From Candidatus Doudnabacteria bacterium (lineage in GTDB: Bacteria > Patescibacteriota > JABMPQ01 > JAGQLO01), in assembly GCA_020429185.1 (NCBI GenBank), contig JAGQLO010000001.1, positions 1,723 to 65,722 on the forward strand: a DNA stretch of 64,000 nt, given 5' to 3'. Of this stretch, positions 20,444 to 29,456 are shown piece by piece; position 1 is the stretch's first letter, and the number at the start of each line of letters is the position of its first letter. Both the position numbers and the translations under genes were made by a program. Under the pieces are notes generated by a model. The model was not told the origin of the DNA, did not search any database, and saw nothing but the letters and a program-made list of their open reading frames with translations.

Positions 20444-20728
20444 TCAACCGTGTCGACGTGTAATGCGACCTTTCGTGAGATCGTACGGAGTAAACTCAAC
20501 CGTTACTCGATCTCCAGGCAAGACGCTGATGCGATACATCTTCATCTTCCCTGAGAGTGTCGCAAGAACCTCATGGTCGTTTACCAACTTCACTTTGCAA
20601 GAAGAGTTTGGAAGGACTTGCGTGATCGTTCCATCCATTTCGATGACGTCACGCCTTTTAGGCGCCGCTACCTGAGCATCGCCAGAATTCTTCTTCTTTT
20701 TCTTGCGCGGACCAGACCGTTGACCCAT
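20444..20728 (-). CDS. infA: Translation initiation factor IF-1 (lysine-rich N-terminal extension; the true start may be internal)
   Basis: S1-like IF-1 core (ITQVLPNS...KVKLVNDHEVLATLSGKMK...ISVLPGDRVTVEFTPYDLTKGRIT). Confidence 0.85.
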   Translation of the reverse strand: MGQRSGPRKKKKKNSGDAQVAAPKRRDVIEMDGTITQVLPNSSCKVKLVNDHEVLATLSGKMKMYRISVLPGDRVTVEFTPYDLTKGRITRRHG

Positions 20729-20821
20729 GGAAGTAAAGTTGCACTAACACATCAAAGAAAGTACCCCACGAAGGAGCGAGAAAGAAATACCCGTTCCCAC
20801 GAAAAGGATACTTGCAAGATA

Positions 20822-22681
20822 CTACTGTTCATCTTCCGCAGTGTCAAGCACAACATCCACCTTTCCAGGCACACGCGGCACATGCTCTACCCAAAACGGC
20901 CAAAATGCCACACGAGCGGCAGCAACGCCGTATTGATCAAAAAGCAAATGCTGCACTTCTTCAGCCGTTTTTCCCTGTAACTGAGCGGAAATTCCCTCTT
21001 CAGGAAGTAGAACAACGACGTCACGATCCATCTGCACATCAAGTTCAAGCACCTCTTCAGTGGTATCGTAAGAAGCTAACGAGAACGTCACCCCTGAAAA
21101 TGTCTTGTCGATAAATGCACGCCCTTCAGGTAGCCTTGGTTGCAACTGTGCAAAAACAGTAGACCGCAAATCCTCTTCTCGATAGGCCAATGTTCTTGCG
21201 GTTACCAACAACTCAAGCTCAAAATCTTCGCGTGCATCTCCCACATCTCCAGTAGAACGCACTTCTATTACATCCGTTCGCAGCGCCTCTTCAAGTACAG
21301 CCTCACCTTCAGCAACCTGCGCACGCAACGACTCAGCTGCAATCGTAACCGCCTCCTCCTTCATGATTGCCACCGCCGCATCCATGTCCTGCTGAGAGAT
21401 AATTCGCTCACCAATTCCAGCATTCGTCCCACCTGTAAACGGTGTGACGCTTTTTCCTGTCATCTTCTCTTGAATAGCAGGCGCCAAACCTGGAATGGTA
21501 AAGGATGTGGGTTCCATATTGTAGTCAGAACCAGGTTGATCAGCCTCCACCTCAACTGTAATCGTTGTCGGAATCAACTCTCCTTCATCACTTACGTCCA
21601 TGCCAGGCACGACAGCATGTTCAATCAGACGAAAGAGTGTTCCATCTTTTGCAAGAAACCGCGTCGTCGCCACGAGTGGTTGCGGAGCCGCAGAATAAGC
21701 GTTTGTAATCGTCACCTCTCCACGTGCCTTTGTTCCCTCTTCTGTTGTGACACCTGTAGCAGCAAAAGAGCGTTTCGGACTCACCTCTTCTACTGCAATA
21801 GGAACACCAGGCACGACACCCGTTGTTGCGTCCATAGCAGAAGCGGAGGCAGAAAGCTGGACGCGCAACTCTTCTTCAAAAGGCTCTCGCTGTGGCTGCA
21901 CAGTAACGGTCGCAGAGGGAAGAACCCACAACAACACACCTCCACCAACAAGGACAGCAATAACCAAGGCGGCAATAACGGCAAAACGTGTCATTCGTGG
22001 CAGCAACGAAACCTTCTGAGGAGCTGGAGAAGACCGACGTAGCACAGAGGCTGATTGCGCGTGTCGTACAGAATGATCTTTCTTTCGTGAATCTTCCCGC
22101 ACAACAAGTTTTTCTTCAGTGGGTTCCACGACGTCCACATCGGAAGCTTCGTATACTCCCTTACTCGAAGTTGCCACTACATCAGAAACAACTGGATCAG
22201 GCAGCGGCGACATTTCAGAAACAACTTCCTGCTGATCAGCCTCATCCAGATGACGCTCTTCCGCCTCATCAACTTCTTCCAGGTCTGAAGCATCGTCTTG
22301 TACCTCATCCGAAACAGCTTTCACGGGAATAGAACGCATCGTAAAATCACGCGGCACTTGTGCTTCCGACTGTTCGCCCACCTCATCAGGAGAAGGAGCC
22401 TGCTCTTCTTCCACGGTTGGATCTAGCTCTTCCGGAACTTCGCTTTGGGCCGTCAATCCAGCCTCAGTAGCAAGATGGCGAATAACCGGATCGGATGTAA
22501 CCAAAGAAAGCTGCAACCCAAGCTTTTGGGACTCACGCTGCAGCAGCTTTAGATTGACAAGGCTCTGCGCCAACATTGAACCTCGCGGTAAGACGAGCAC
22601 AACATCGTCAGACTCCGCATGACGAAACCGATCCACGATATCGGTTATCTCATCTTCGATTTCTGAGTAAAGAAGTTCCAT
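20822..22681 (-). CDS. Hypothetical single-pass membrane protein: STAS-like N-domain, acidic linker, TM, about 365-aa extracytoplasmic domain
   Basis: The N-terminal segment (DVVLVLPRGSMLAQS..LVNLKLLQRESQKLGLQLSLV..DPVIRHLATEAGL) follows the STAS/SpoIIAA hydrophobic pattern. A TM helix lies at about residues 230-252. The gene sits immediately downstream of ftsA. Confidence 0.4.
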   Translation of the reverse strand: MELLYSEIEDEITDIVDRFRHAESDDVVLVLPRGSMLAQSLVNLKLLQRESQKLGLQLSLVTSDPVIRHLATEAGLTAQSEVPEELDPTVEEEQAPSPDEVGEQSEAQVPRDFTMRSIPVKAVSDEVQDDASDLEEVDEAEERHLDEADQQEVVSEMSPLPDPVVSDVVATSSKGVYEASDVDVVEPTEEKLVVREDSRKKDHSVRHAQSASVLRRSSPAPQKVSLLPRMTRFAVIAALVIAVLVGGGVLLWVLPSATVTVQPQREPFEEELRVQLSASASAMDATTGVVPGVPIAVEEVSPKRSFAATGVTTEEGTKARGEVTITNAYSAAPQPLVATTRFLAKDGTLFRLIEHAVVPGMDVSDEGELIPTTITVEVEADQPGSDYNMEPTSFTIPGLAPAIQEKMTGKSVTPFTGGTNAGIGERIISQQDMDAAVAIMKEEAVTIAAESLRAQVAEGEAVLEEALRTDVIEVRSTGDVGDAREDFELELLVTARTLAYREEDLRSTVFAQLQPRLPEGRAFIDKTFSGVTFSLASYDTTEEVLELDVQMDRDVVVLLPEEGISAQLQGKTAEEVQHLLFDQYGVAAARVAFWPFWVEHVPRVPGKVDVVLDTAEDEQ

Positions 22682-22685
22682 ACGA

Positions 22686-24053
22686 TTACGCTGTTTGCAG
22701 AAGACGAACGGCTCGTCGCACTACAGAAGAAAATTCATCCGAAGGCAACAACACTTCCCGAATCGCCTGAGAGGCAAGTCCAAGTGGCGTCACATCCTCC
22801 TGTCCCACAAGAAGTCCCGTCGAGTCACTCATCAGCACCACATCTTGTGGAGACATAAAGTGAATGTTTGGGGGCCGCGAGAACGGAAGGCGCTCAACGA
22901 AGTCAGGATCCATTAACACTTCTTTCATTCCTGGAAGCTTGGAACCTCCACCACAAAGCAATACACGACTTGGCAGAGGTTCTGTCTTTGAAAACTCTTC
23001 CAGAGCAAGAGCAACTCCTTCACGCCAGACCGAAAGATCGCCATCTACTTCGCGTCGAACACGCTCCGCTGACGAAGAAGGCAACATGTTTTCTGAATAC
23101 TTGATTTTGGTCTCTTCAGCCTCTTCAAACGGAAGGTCAAGCGCCTGTGACACACGCCGGGTAAACGCACGCCCGCCTATACCAAACATTTTCGTGCCCT
23201 CAATGACCCCACCACGCACAACTGCGACATCCGTTGTGCCACCACCCACATCAATAAAAATTGCGGAAAACTCCAACTGCTCTCCAACTCCCACAGAAGT
23301 CGCCACCGCATACGGCTCCGCTGTAACGGAGAGAAGATCAAGATCGAGTTGCTCAGCAATGCTTTCTAATGCACCAATATGCACCAACGGTGCATACGCA
23401 TTAAAGATAGAAAGAGCGACATCCTTTCCCTGGAAACCAACGGGTTGTGTGACGCGATATCCGTCGATGCGCACATCCACCACCGAACCCGTAATCAATC
23501 GCACATCGATACCCTGCTGACCTGTTTCACGGACGAGTTGTTGCTTCACTCGCTCAAGTGCACGCCACTGCACCTTATGCACGATGTTCTTCAACTCGGC
23601 TGCATCAATCTTCTGTTCTGGCTTCAATCGTTCATAGCTCACCGTGGTCGTCATTCCTTTTACGAGTTCACCTGCCATCCCTAACACCACTTGAGTTGGA
23701 CGCACTCCTGCTCGCTCGGAAGCCTCAAAAATGGCGCGCTCACAAACCTGTACAACAGCAGCAATATCTCCAACGGCTCCCGCATGCATCGCCCCTAGCG
23801 GCTGCGCCGCGCGACCCGATCCAATCACAACTCCTTCACCTGTCTCTTCATCCACTTCAAAGACCAAAGCCTTTACGACTTCGGTTCCAATATCTAGCGC
23901 GAGATACGATCCGTTTACCGGACCGCTCCGCTTGAACTTTCCAAATAAGGACACAGAAGAATGACAACGAATTGCGAGTGAAGTGTAGCAAACAACACGC
24001 AACAACATCTCTGGATAAAATCGACAGAAGGCAAGAGATTTCTGATCGAACAC
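22686..24053 (-). CDS. ftsA: Cell division protein FtsA (actin-like ATPase). The N-terminal boundary is uncertain and the real start is probably downstream of 24053.
   Basis: LALDIGT phosphate-1 motif, a DVGGGTTDVAV phosphate-2 motif followed by AEETKIKY, and a C-terminal amphipathic tail. Confidence 0.7.
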   Translation of the reverse strand: MFDQKSLAFCRFYPEMLLRVVCYTSLAIRCHSSVSLFGKFKRSGPVNGSYLALDIGTEVVKALVFEVDEETGEGVVIGSGRAAQPLGAMHAGAVGDIAAVVQVCERAIFEASERAGVRPTQVVLGMAGELVKGMTTTVSYERLKPEQKIDAAELKNIVHKVQWRALERVKQQLVRETGQQGIDVRLITGSVVDVRIDGYRVTQPVGFQGKDVALSIFNAYAPLVHIGALESIAEQLDLDLLSVTAEPYAVATSVGVGEQLEFSAIFIDVGGGTTDVAVVRGGVIEGTKMFGIGGRAFTRRVSQALDLPFEEAEETKIKYSENMLPSSSAERVRREVDGDLSVWREGVALALEEFSKTEPLPSRVLLCGGGSKLPGMKEVLMDPDFVERLPFSRPPNIHFMSPQDVVLMSDSTGLLVGQEDVTPLGLASQAIREVLLPSDEFSSVVRRAVRLLQTA

Positions 24054-24163
24054 TTTATGTCCTTCAAAGCCGTCCCATCACAGCACTACAGTCCAGAAAA
24101 AGTTGACAGCAAGTGAATTTCCTGTCATAAAAACCATATGATCGCCACATGGAAGGAGGAGCC

Positions 24164-24568
24164 ATGGCGAAGATCGACCTGCCGGAGACACCCGTTGTCT
24201 GGGTGCCGCCGGTCATTGTGCGTGAAGTGGCGGACTGGGACCTGCAACTGAGGTTCGGCGAGGCACAGAAGCCGGATCGCTTCAGTCAAGGCGTGTTCTG
24301 TCCGCTTCTGTCCCCGCTGCCGGACAGTCCCCGGGTCAGCCTACTGGTCGGACACGAGGCACTCCCGGTGGAGGGAGACGAGTGGTACCTTCTGATCATT
24401 CGAAATCCGCACCGCAATGAGATCGGTTTCGTGGCCACCTGGCAGCCGGGTACACGAAGCCTGATCATCTTGGAGCGGGAGCTGAACCTCGACGGCCCCA
24501 ACGGGTACATCCAACGGTTCCGCAGCATGTACCCCACGCAGCCCCCACGACCGTCCGCTCCGGCCTGA
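24164..24568 (+). CDS. Hypothetical protein (134 aa) encoded on a GC-rich island (about 63% GC). It is the only plus-strand gene in a roughly 14-kb minus-strand block.
   Basis: Strong SD GGAAGGAGGAG upstream of ATG(MAKIDL). The composition is clearly atypical for the locus. A weak terminator follows. Confidence 0.45.
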   Translation: MAKIDLPETPVVWVPPVIVREVADWDLQLRFGEAQKPDRFSQGVFCPLLSPLPDSPRVSLLVGHEALPVEGDEWYLLIIRNPHRNEIGFVATWQPGTRSLIILERELNLDGPNGYIQRFRSMYPTQPPRPSAPA

Positions 24569-24590
24569 ACCGCTGAGCACGGTCTTTTTT
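24569..24590 (+). terminator. Weak rho-independent terminator after the GC-rich ORF
   Basis: ACCG-ctgagca-CGGT followed by CTTTTTT. Confidence 0.25.
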
Positions 24591-24610
24591 CTTACCTAGG
24601 AACGGTCTCC

Positions 24611-26458
24611 CTAGGAACGTGATGCCAAAACCTCTTTCGCCTTCTCTCCAACGTATGCCTTGATACGGCGAATACCGGCAGAACTCGCCTGTTCTTTTGA
24701 AATTACAAACGCTCCGATTTCAGAGGTGTTCTCGACATGAGGACCTCCACAGACCTCCACAGAAAAATCTCCTACAGAATAGACTTTCACCTGATCACCG
24801 TATTTGTCTTCAAACAACCCAAGCGCTCCCTTTGCTCGAGCCTCTTCGAGTGACAGGGTTTCCCATGTCACCGGAAGATCACGTTCAATCACGTCGTTGA
24901 TAATCCGCTCTACCTCTGCAATCTGCTCAGGTGTCATCTTGTCAGGATGTGAAAAGTCGAATCGAACACGCTCAGGAGTAATGTTGCTTCCTTTCTGCTC
25001 GACATGGTCTCCAAGTACGTCACGCAACACCTTATGTAGCAAATGAGTTGCCGTGTGTCCCATTCGTGTTTCTGGTGTGTCCTCCGAAAGTCCGCCCGCA
25101 AACTTCTGTGCTGCCCCCTCACGCGACTTCGACTGATGCTGTTCAACATTCTGCTGGAACTCCTCTTCATTCACGCCGAATCCCATTTTCTCCGCCTCTT
25201 CAAATGTAAGCTCCAATGGGAATCCGTAGGTTTGATACAAGTCAAACACAAGATCTCCAGGCAGCGTTGGCTGCTTTGCTGAGCCAGCGATCAAGTCACT
25301 TCCAGCCGTCTGAGCGTGTTGTTGTAACTTCTCAATTTCCTTCTTCAAATGACGCAACCCGTTGTCGAGCGTCTTCTCAAACTTTTCTTCTTCTTTTCGC
25401 AGCTCCTCCAAAATAACTTCGCGATGCTGCTCCAATTCCGGATACACCCCCTCATACACGCCAAAGAAGACTTCCACAACTTCCTTCGACACATTCACTT
25501 CTTCTGGAATTTGTAATTTCGCCGCAAACCGAACAGCACGACGAATCAAACGTCGTAGAATGTAACCTTGGTCGACATTACTTGGACGAACCCCATCCCC
25601 CAACATAAACATGGCTGTCCGCAGGTGATCTGTCACCACACGCACCGCTTCTTCATCTTCCACTAGAGCTAGTTCCTTCACCTTGTTGTACGCATCGGCA
25701 AACAAATCCGTCTCAAAAATATGCGTTCGCCCCTGCAACGCCATCGCAATGCGCTCCAACCCCATTCCCGTGTCGACATTTTTTTGTGCGAGCGGCTTGA
25801 ACGAACCATCGTCAAGCTTTTCGTACTGCATGAACACGTTGTTCCAAATTTCCACAAAACGACCCGCCTCCGTGTCTGGACCATCGCCATTCAACGGCCC
25901 ATTACCACGATCATAAAAAATCTCCGTGTCCGGACCACATGGACCCGTCTTTCCTGGAGGTCCCCACCAGTTATCTTCTTTCCCCAGATAGAAAATGTGT
26001 GACTCTGGAACACCAAGAGATTTCCAAATCGAAGCCGATTCCTCATCACGCGGAGCGTCATTATCACCAGCAAACACAGTGACTGCCAGCTTTTCGATCG
26101 GAATATTGAGATACGCAGGAGACGTCAAAAACTCAAATGACCAACGAATCGACTCTTCCTTAAAGTAATCTCCCAACGACCAGTTTCCCAACATCTCGAA
26201 AAACGTGTCGTGCGTGTCATCTCCAACCTCTTCAATATCCTGAGTACGCACGCACTTCTGCACGTTGGCGAGTCGTTTTCCATCTGGATGTGCCTCTCCC
26301 ATCAGGTATGGCACCAATGGATGCATGCCAGCTGTCGTAAACAACACGGAAGGGTCATTTTCTGGGACAAGTGAAGCCGAAGCAATAATGGCGTGGCCAC
26401 GCTCTTTAAAGAAGTCAAGATACTTCTGTCGAATGTCTTTTGCGGAAAGTGATGTCAT
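24611..26458 (-). CDS. alaS: Alanine--tRNA ligase, short form (615 aa) lacking the C-terminal C-Ala/oligomerisation domain
   Basis: AlaRS catalytic core (KYLDFFKERGH ... FTTAGM) plus the editing-domain HTATHLLH motif. Confidence 0.9.
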   Translation of the reverse strand: MTSLSAKDIRQKYLDFFKERGHAIIASASLVPENDPSVLFTTAGMHPLVPYLMGEAHPDGKRLANVQKCVRTQDIEEVGDDTHDTFFEMLGNWSLGDYFKEESIRWSFEFLTSPAYLNIPIEKLAVTVFAGDNDAPRDEESASIWKSLGVPESHIFYLGKEDNWWGPPGKTGPCGPDTEIFYDRGNGPLNGDGPDTEAGRFVEIWNNVFMQYEKLDDGSFKPLAQKNVDTGMGLERIAMALQGRTHIFETDLFADAYNKVKELALVEDEEAVRVVTDHLRTAMFMLGDGVRPSNVDQGYILRRLIRRAVRFAAKLQIPEEVNVSKEVVEVFFGVYEGVYPELEQHREVILEELRKEEEKFEKTLDNGLRHLKKEIEKLQQHAQTAGSDLIAGSAKQPTLPGDLVFDLYQTYGFPLELTFEEAEKMGFGVNEEEFQQNVEQHQSKSREGAAQKFAGGLSEDTPETRMGHTATHLLHKVLRDVLGDHVEQKGSNITPERVRFDFSHPDKMTPEQIAEVERIINDVIERDLPVTWETLSLEEARAKGALGLFEDKYGDQVKVYSVGDFSVEVCGGPHVENTSEIGAFVISKEQASSAGIRRIKAYVGEKAKEVLASRS

Positions 26459-26498
26459 ACAAAAAGAGTACCCGCGCTACCACAGGAGTGCAACGGTA

Positions 26499-26777
26499 CT
26501 AATAGTCTTCTTCTACCTCAGGGTCATCCTGGGCCTCAGGCTCCTCTTCATCTCCTTCGATAGATTCCATAACGGCAAGACGCTCGTCTTCACGTTTTAA
26601 GCGATCGATCTGCGACTCGAGATCATTCACTTCACCATCAAGCAGCTCTTCTTTTCGCTGCAATTCCTTCAATTGCGTTCGAAGAGCCGTAAGTTCTTTT
26701 GAACGACGATCTAATTCGTCGTTCAACTCTTCAATTTCCTCTTGGCGTTGGCGAGCTGGATCAGAAAAGTCTGGCAT
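26499..26777 (-). CDS. Small acidic coiled-coil protein (hypothetical)
   Basis: Heptad-like E/K/L-rich sequence of 92 aa. Confidence 0.35.
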   Translation of the reverse strand: MPDFSDPARQRQEEIEELNDELDRRSKELTALRTQLKELQRKEELLDGEVNDLESQIDRLKREDERLAVMESIEGDEEEPEAQDDPEVEEDY

Positions 26778-26795
26778 AGATGGTAATGAATAACT

Positions 26796-27848
26796 CTAAT
26801 GTACCCTTCCACACCCAACAACGCGATCCCCTTCGTACAACACTGCTTCCTGTCCGGGTGTCACCGCACGCTGAGGAATAGAAAATTCCAACAACAGCTG
26901 GCCGTCTTGTAAAGAGCTCATCACCGCCGATTGAACCGGCTGACGATAGCGAAGCTGAACGTCGATCTGCTCAAATGAATCAGGCTCACCACCAATCCAA
27001 TGAAGTCTCTCGACAGAGGCGCTCGACACAAACAACTGCGAATCTCCCTGCACATTCGACACAAGAAGCTCATTTGTTTCCAAGCGCTTCCCAACCACAT
27101 ACCAAGGCCCATTTGGAAGCTCGATTCCCTTGCGCTGACCCAACGTATAAAACGGCAACCCATCATGCTGCCCAACAATATCGCCCGAAGACGTCACCAT
27201 GTTTCCTGGTGATTGAGGCAATCGCTCACGCAAAAACTGAGAGACATCAATGTCTCCCACAAAACACAACCCAACACTATCCTTCTTCGCAGCCGTCGAA
27301 AGGCGAAGACGCTCGGCCCGTTCACGAACCTCGGTCTTTCTAAGTTCGCCTAACGGAAACCGAATTCGCTGCAACATTTCGGTGGAAAGGCGACACAAAA
27401 AATATGACTGGTCTTTTTCTGGATCGATTCCACGAAGCAACTCTCCCCGCTCCGTCGTACGCGCATAGTGACCCGTTGCGACATGTTCAATACCAAGCCG
27501 ATCAGCGGCAGCAAGAAGCAATGGAAATTTCACGAACTCGTTACACCATACATCTGGGTTTGGTGTGAGGCCTTGCTGATACGATTTCAAAAACGGCTGC
27601 AAAACATGTTCATCATACGCAGGAGCGGCATCGATCACTTCAATACGAATACCTAGTTGAGCTGCAACGCGAATCGCATCCTGCCGATCTGTAGAAGCGG
27701 TACATCCGGACGCAACGGAGCCAGGAACATCGTGTGCCATCTGAAGATGCACACCAATAACCTCAAATCCCTCCTCAAGAAGAAGAGCTGCTGTCAGCGA
27801 GGAATCAACCCCACCCGACATTCCGACAATAATGCGTTTTGATGCCAT
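26796..27848 (-). CDS. mnmA: tRNA-specific 2-thiouridylase
   Basis: PP-loop GMSGGVDSS at the N-terminus. Confidence 0.9.
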   Translation of the reverse strand: MASKRIIVGMSGGVDSSLTAALLLEEGFEVIGVHLQMAHDVPGSVASGCTASTDRQDAIRVAAQLGIRIEVIDAAPAYDEHVLQPFLKSYQQGLTPNPDVWCNEFVKFPLLLAAADRLGIEHVATGHYARTTERGELLRGIDPEKDQSYFLCRLSTEMLQRIRFPLGELRKTEVRERAERLRLSTAAKKDSVGLCFVGDIDVSQFLRERLPQSPGNMVTSSGDIVGQHDGLPFYTLGQRKGIELPNGPWYVVGKRLETNELLVSNVQGDSQLFVSSASVERLHWIGGEPDSFEQIDVQLRYRQPVQSAVMSSLQDGQLLLEFSIPQRAVTPGQEAVLYEGDRVVGCGRVH

Positions 27849-27888
27849 GTGGCCGCAGCGTACGAGGCAGATCGCCTCACGTCAACAA

Positions 27889-28755
27889 CTACAAGACATC
27901 AGCGCCATCAGCCTCTGCAATCGTGATTTGCTGCTGTTTCGAACGCGCGTGCGGAGCTTCCACTTTCTCGCGACGAAATGCATCTTGCACACGACGTTTC
28001 ATTTCACGCTTAAAGGCCCAGTGCGCCTCCGGCTTCGTCTTCCCGAGAATAGAAATCGTCAACGCCTTCGCGTCGACATCCTTAACCCCCTGCACTCTCG
28101 GAACTTCAATCACGTCATCTGCGAATTCTTTCTCTGTCGCCATCCGCTCTCCGATGGCATCAATCATCGACTTAATCTTGTTGTAGTCTTCTTGAACATC
28201 TACCACCACATAAAAGTGCACCGCTGAAAAATCTTTTGTGTGATTACTTACAATCGTAATCTGACTATTCGGAATATGATGTTGCACTCCATCTAGATCG
28301 CGCAACACCGTACGTCGTAACGTAAACGACTCAACGCGTCCTGTGACCTCCTTTGCCTCAATCACATCCCCAACAGCAAACTGGTCTTCCAAAATGATGA
28401 ACATTCCATTAAAGAAGTCTTTCACCAAACTTTGAGCCCCAAATCCAACAGCGACACCAGCAATTCCAAATCCAGCAATAAGCGGACCAAGATCAATGTC
28501 CAACTCCCCTAAGACCAACAACAGCACAATGGCCCCCACAAGTGTAAGCGCGAGCTGTGAAAACACACGCGACAGCATGCGAATACGCTGCTCACGCTCT
28601 TTGTCATCGCGCTGACTCGCAATAGGAATCTGACGCATGGTGGCGCGAATAATACGCCTCGAAAACAAATTTGTGAGCCACGTCACCACAAGACCTCCCA
28701 AAAGAATGGCAAGAATGCGGAACCATGGCGATGTCAGAATGTGAGTTATATCCAT
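27889..28755 (-). CDS. Small-conductance mechanosensitive channel (MscS family)
   Basis: TM3 and beta-domain signature (LVKDFFNGMFIILEDQFAVGDVIE). Start set at the internal Met to avoid overlap with nth. Confidence 0.8.
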   Translation of the reverse strand: MDITHILTSPWFRILAILLGGLVVTWLTNLFSRRIIRATMRQIPIASQRDDKEREQRIRMLSRVFSQLALTLVGAIVLLLVLGELDIDLGPLIAGFGIAGVAVGFGAQSLVKDFFNGMFIILEDQFAVGDVIEAKEVTGRVESFTLRRTVLRDLDGVQHHIPNSQITIVSNHTKDFSAVHFYVVVDVQEDYNKIKSMIDAIGERMATEKEFADDVIEVPRVQGVKDVDAKALTISILGKTKPEAHWAFKREMKRRVQDAFRREKVEAPHARSKQQQITIAEADGADVL

Positions 28756-28796
28756 GTTGCTGTGTTCACTACCTGCGCAGAATAGCACAGACACCA

Positions 28797-29447
28797 TCAG
28801 ACTTCAGAACTCGGACACAAGTGATTCACAGGACATTCTTCGCACTTCGGCCGGCGCGCAATGCAAATGCGCCGACCATGAAAGACCAGCACATGCGCAA
28901 ATAACGTCCACTGTTCACGTGGAACCAACTTCATCATGACCTTCTCAATTTTGATGGGGTCTCGATGACGCGTAAATCCAAGCTTCCGAGTAATACGGGT
29001 TACATGTGTATCGACCGTAAATCCCTCCTGCTTGTCATACCAATCACCCAACACAACATTTGCCGTTTTCCGCGCAACTCCACTCAGCGTCACCAACTCC
29101 TCCATTTCATCTGGAATTCGCCCTTCATAGTGAGAAACAACGCGCTGCGCCATCCCAATCAGATTCTTCGCCTTGCTGCGATAAAACCCAGTCGAGTGAA
29201 TAATCCCTTCCAACTCACCCTGCTCTGCTTCTGCTAGTGCTTCAACAGAGGGATATCGTTCAAACAATGCTGGCGTCACAAGATTCACGCGCTTATCCGT
29301 ACATTGTGCTGACAAGATCACTGAAACGATCAACTCGTAGGCATTTGAAAAATTCAACTCGCAGTGAGCATCGGCATGACGTTCCGAAAGCAATCGAATG
29401 ACTTCAGGAACACGTTCTTTCAATGGCGGAACAGACGTACGTGGCAT
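28797..29447 (-). CDS. nth: Endonuclease III
   Basis: HhH-GPD motif (LSGVARKTANVVL) and the C-x6-C-x2-C-x5-C [4Fe-4S] cluster. Confidence 0.9.
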   Translation of the reverse strand: MPRTSVPPLKERVPEVIRLLSERHADAHCELNFSNAYELIVSVILSAQCTDKRVNLVTPALFERYPSVEALAEAEQGELEGIIHSTGFYRSKAKNLIGMAQRVVSHYEGRIPDEMEELVTLSGVARKTANVVLGDWYDKQEGFTVDTHVTRITRKLGFTRHRDPIKIEKVMMKLVPREQWTLFAHVLVFHGRRICIARRPKCEECPVNHLCPSSEV

Positions 29448-29456
29448 GCACCAAGC

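Noticed and set aside
21140-22042. 300-aa plus-strand ORF. Similar long antisense ORFs lie at 40605..41600, 31573..32355, 55942..56526 and 14840..15058.
   Set aside because: All lie antisense within well-supported minus-strand genes and are dominated by C/R/H/S codons, the antisense-frame signature. The 14840..15058 segment is an artefactual N-terminal extension of the PEGA gene.
24595-24619. 10-bp direct repeat CCTAGGAACG x2 as an insertion target-site duplication
   Set aside because: Both copies sit on the same side of the GC-rich ORF. The second copy overlaps the alaS stop codon. It is too short to separate from chance, so it is only noted inside the GC-island finding.
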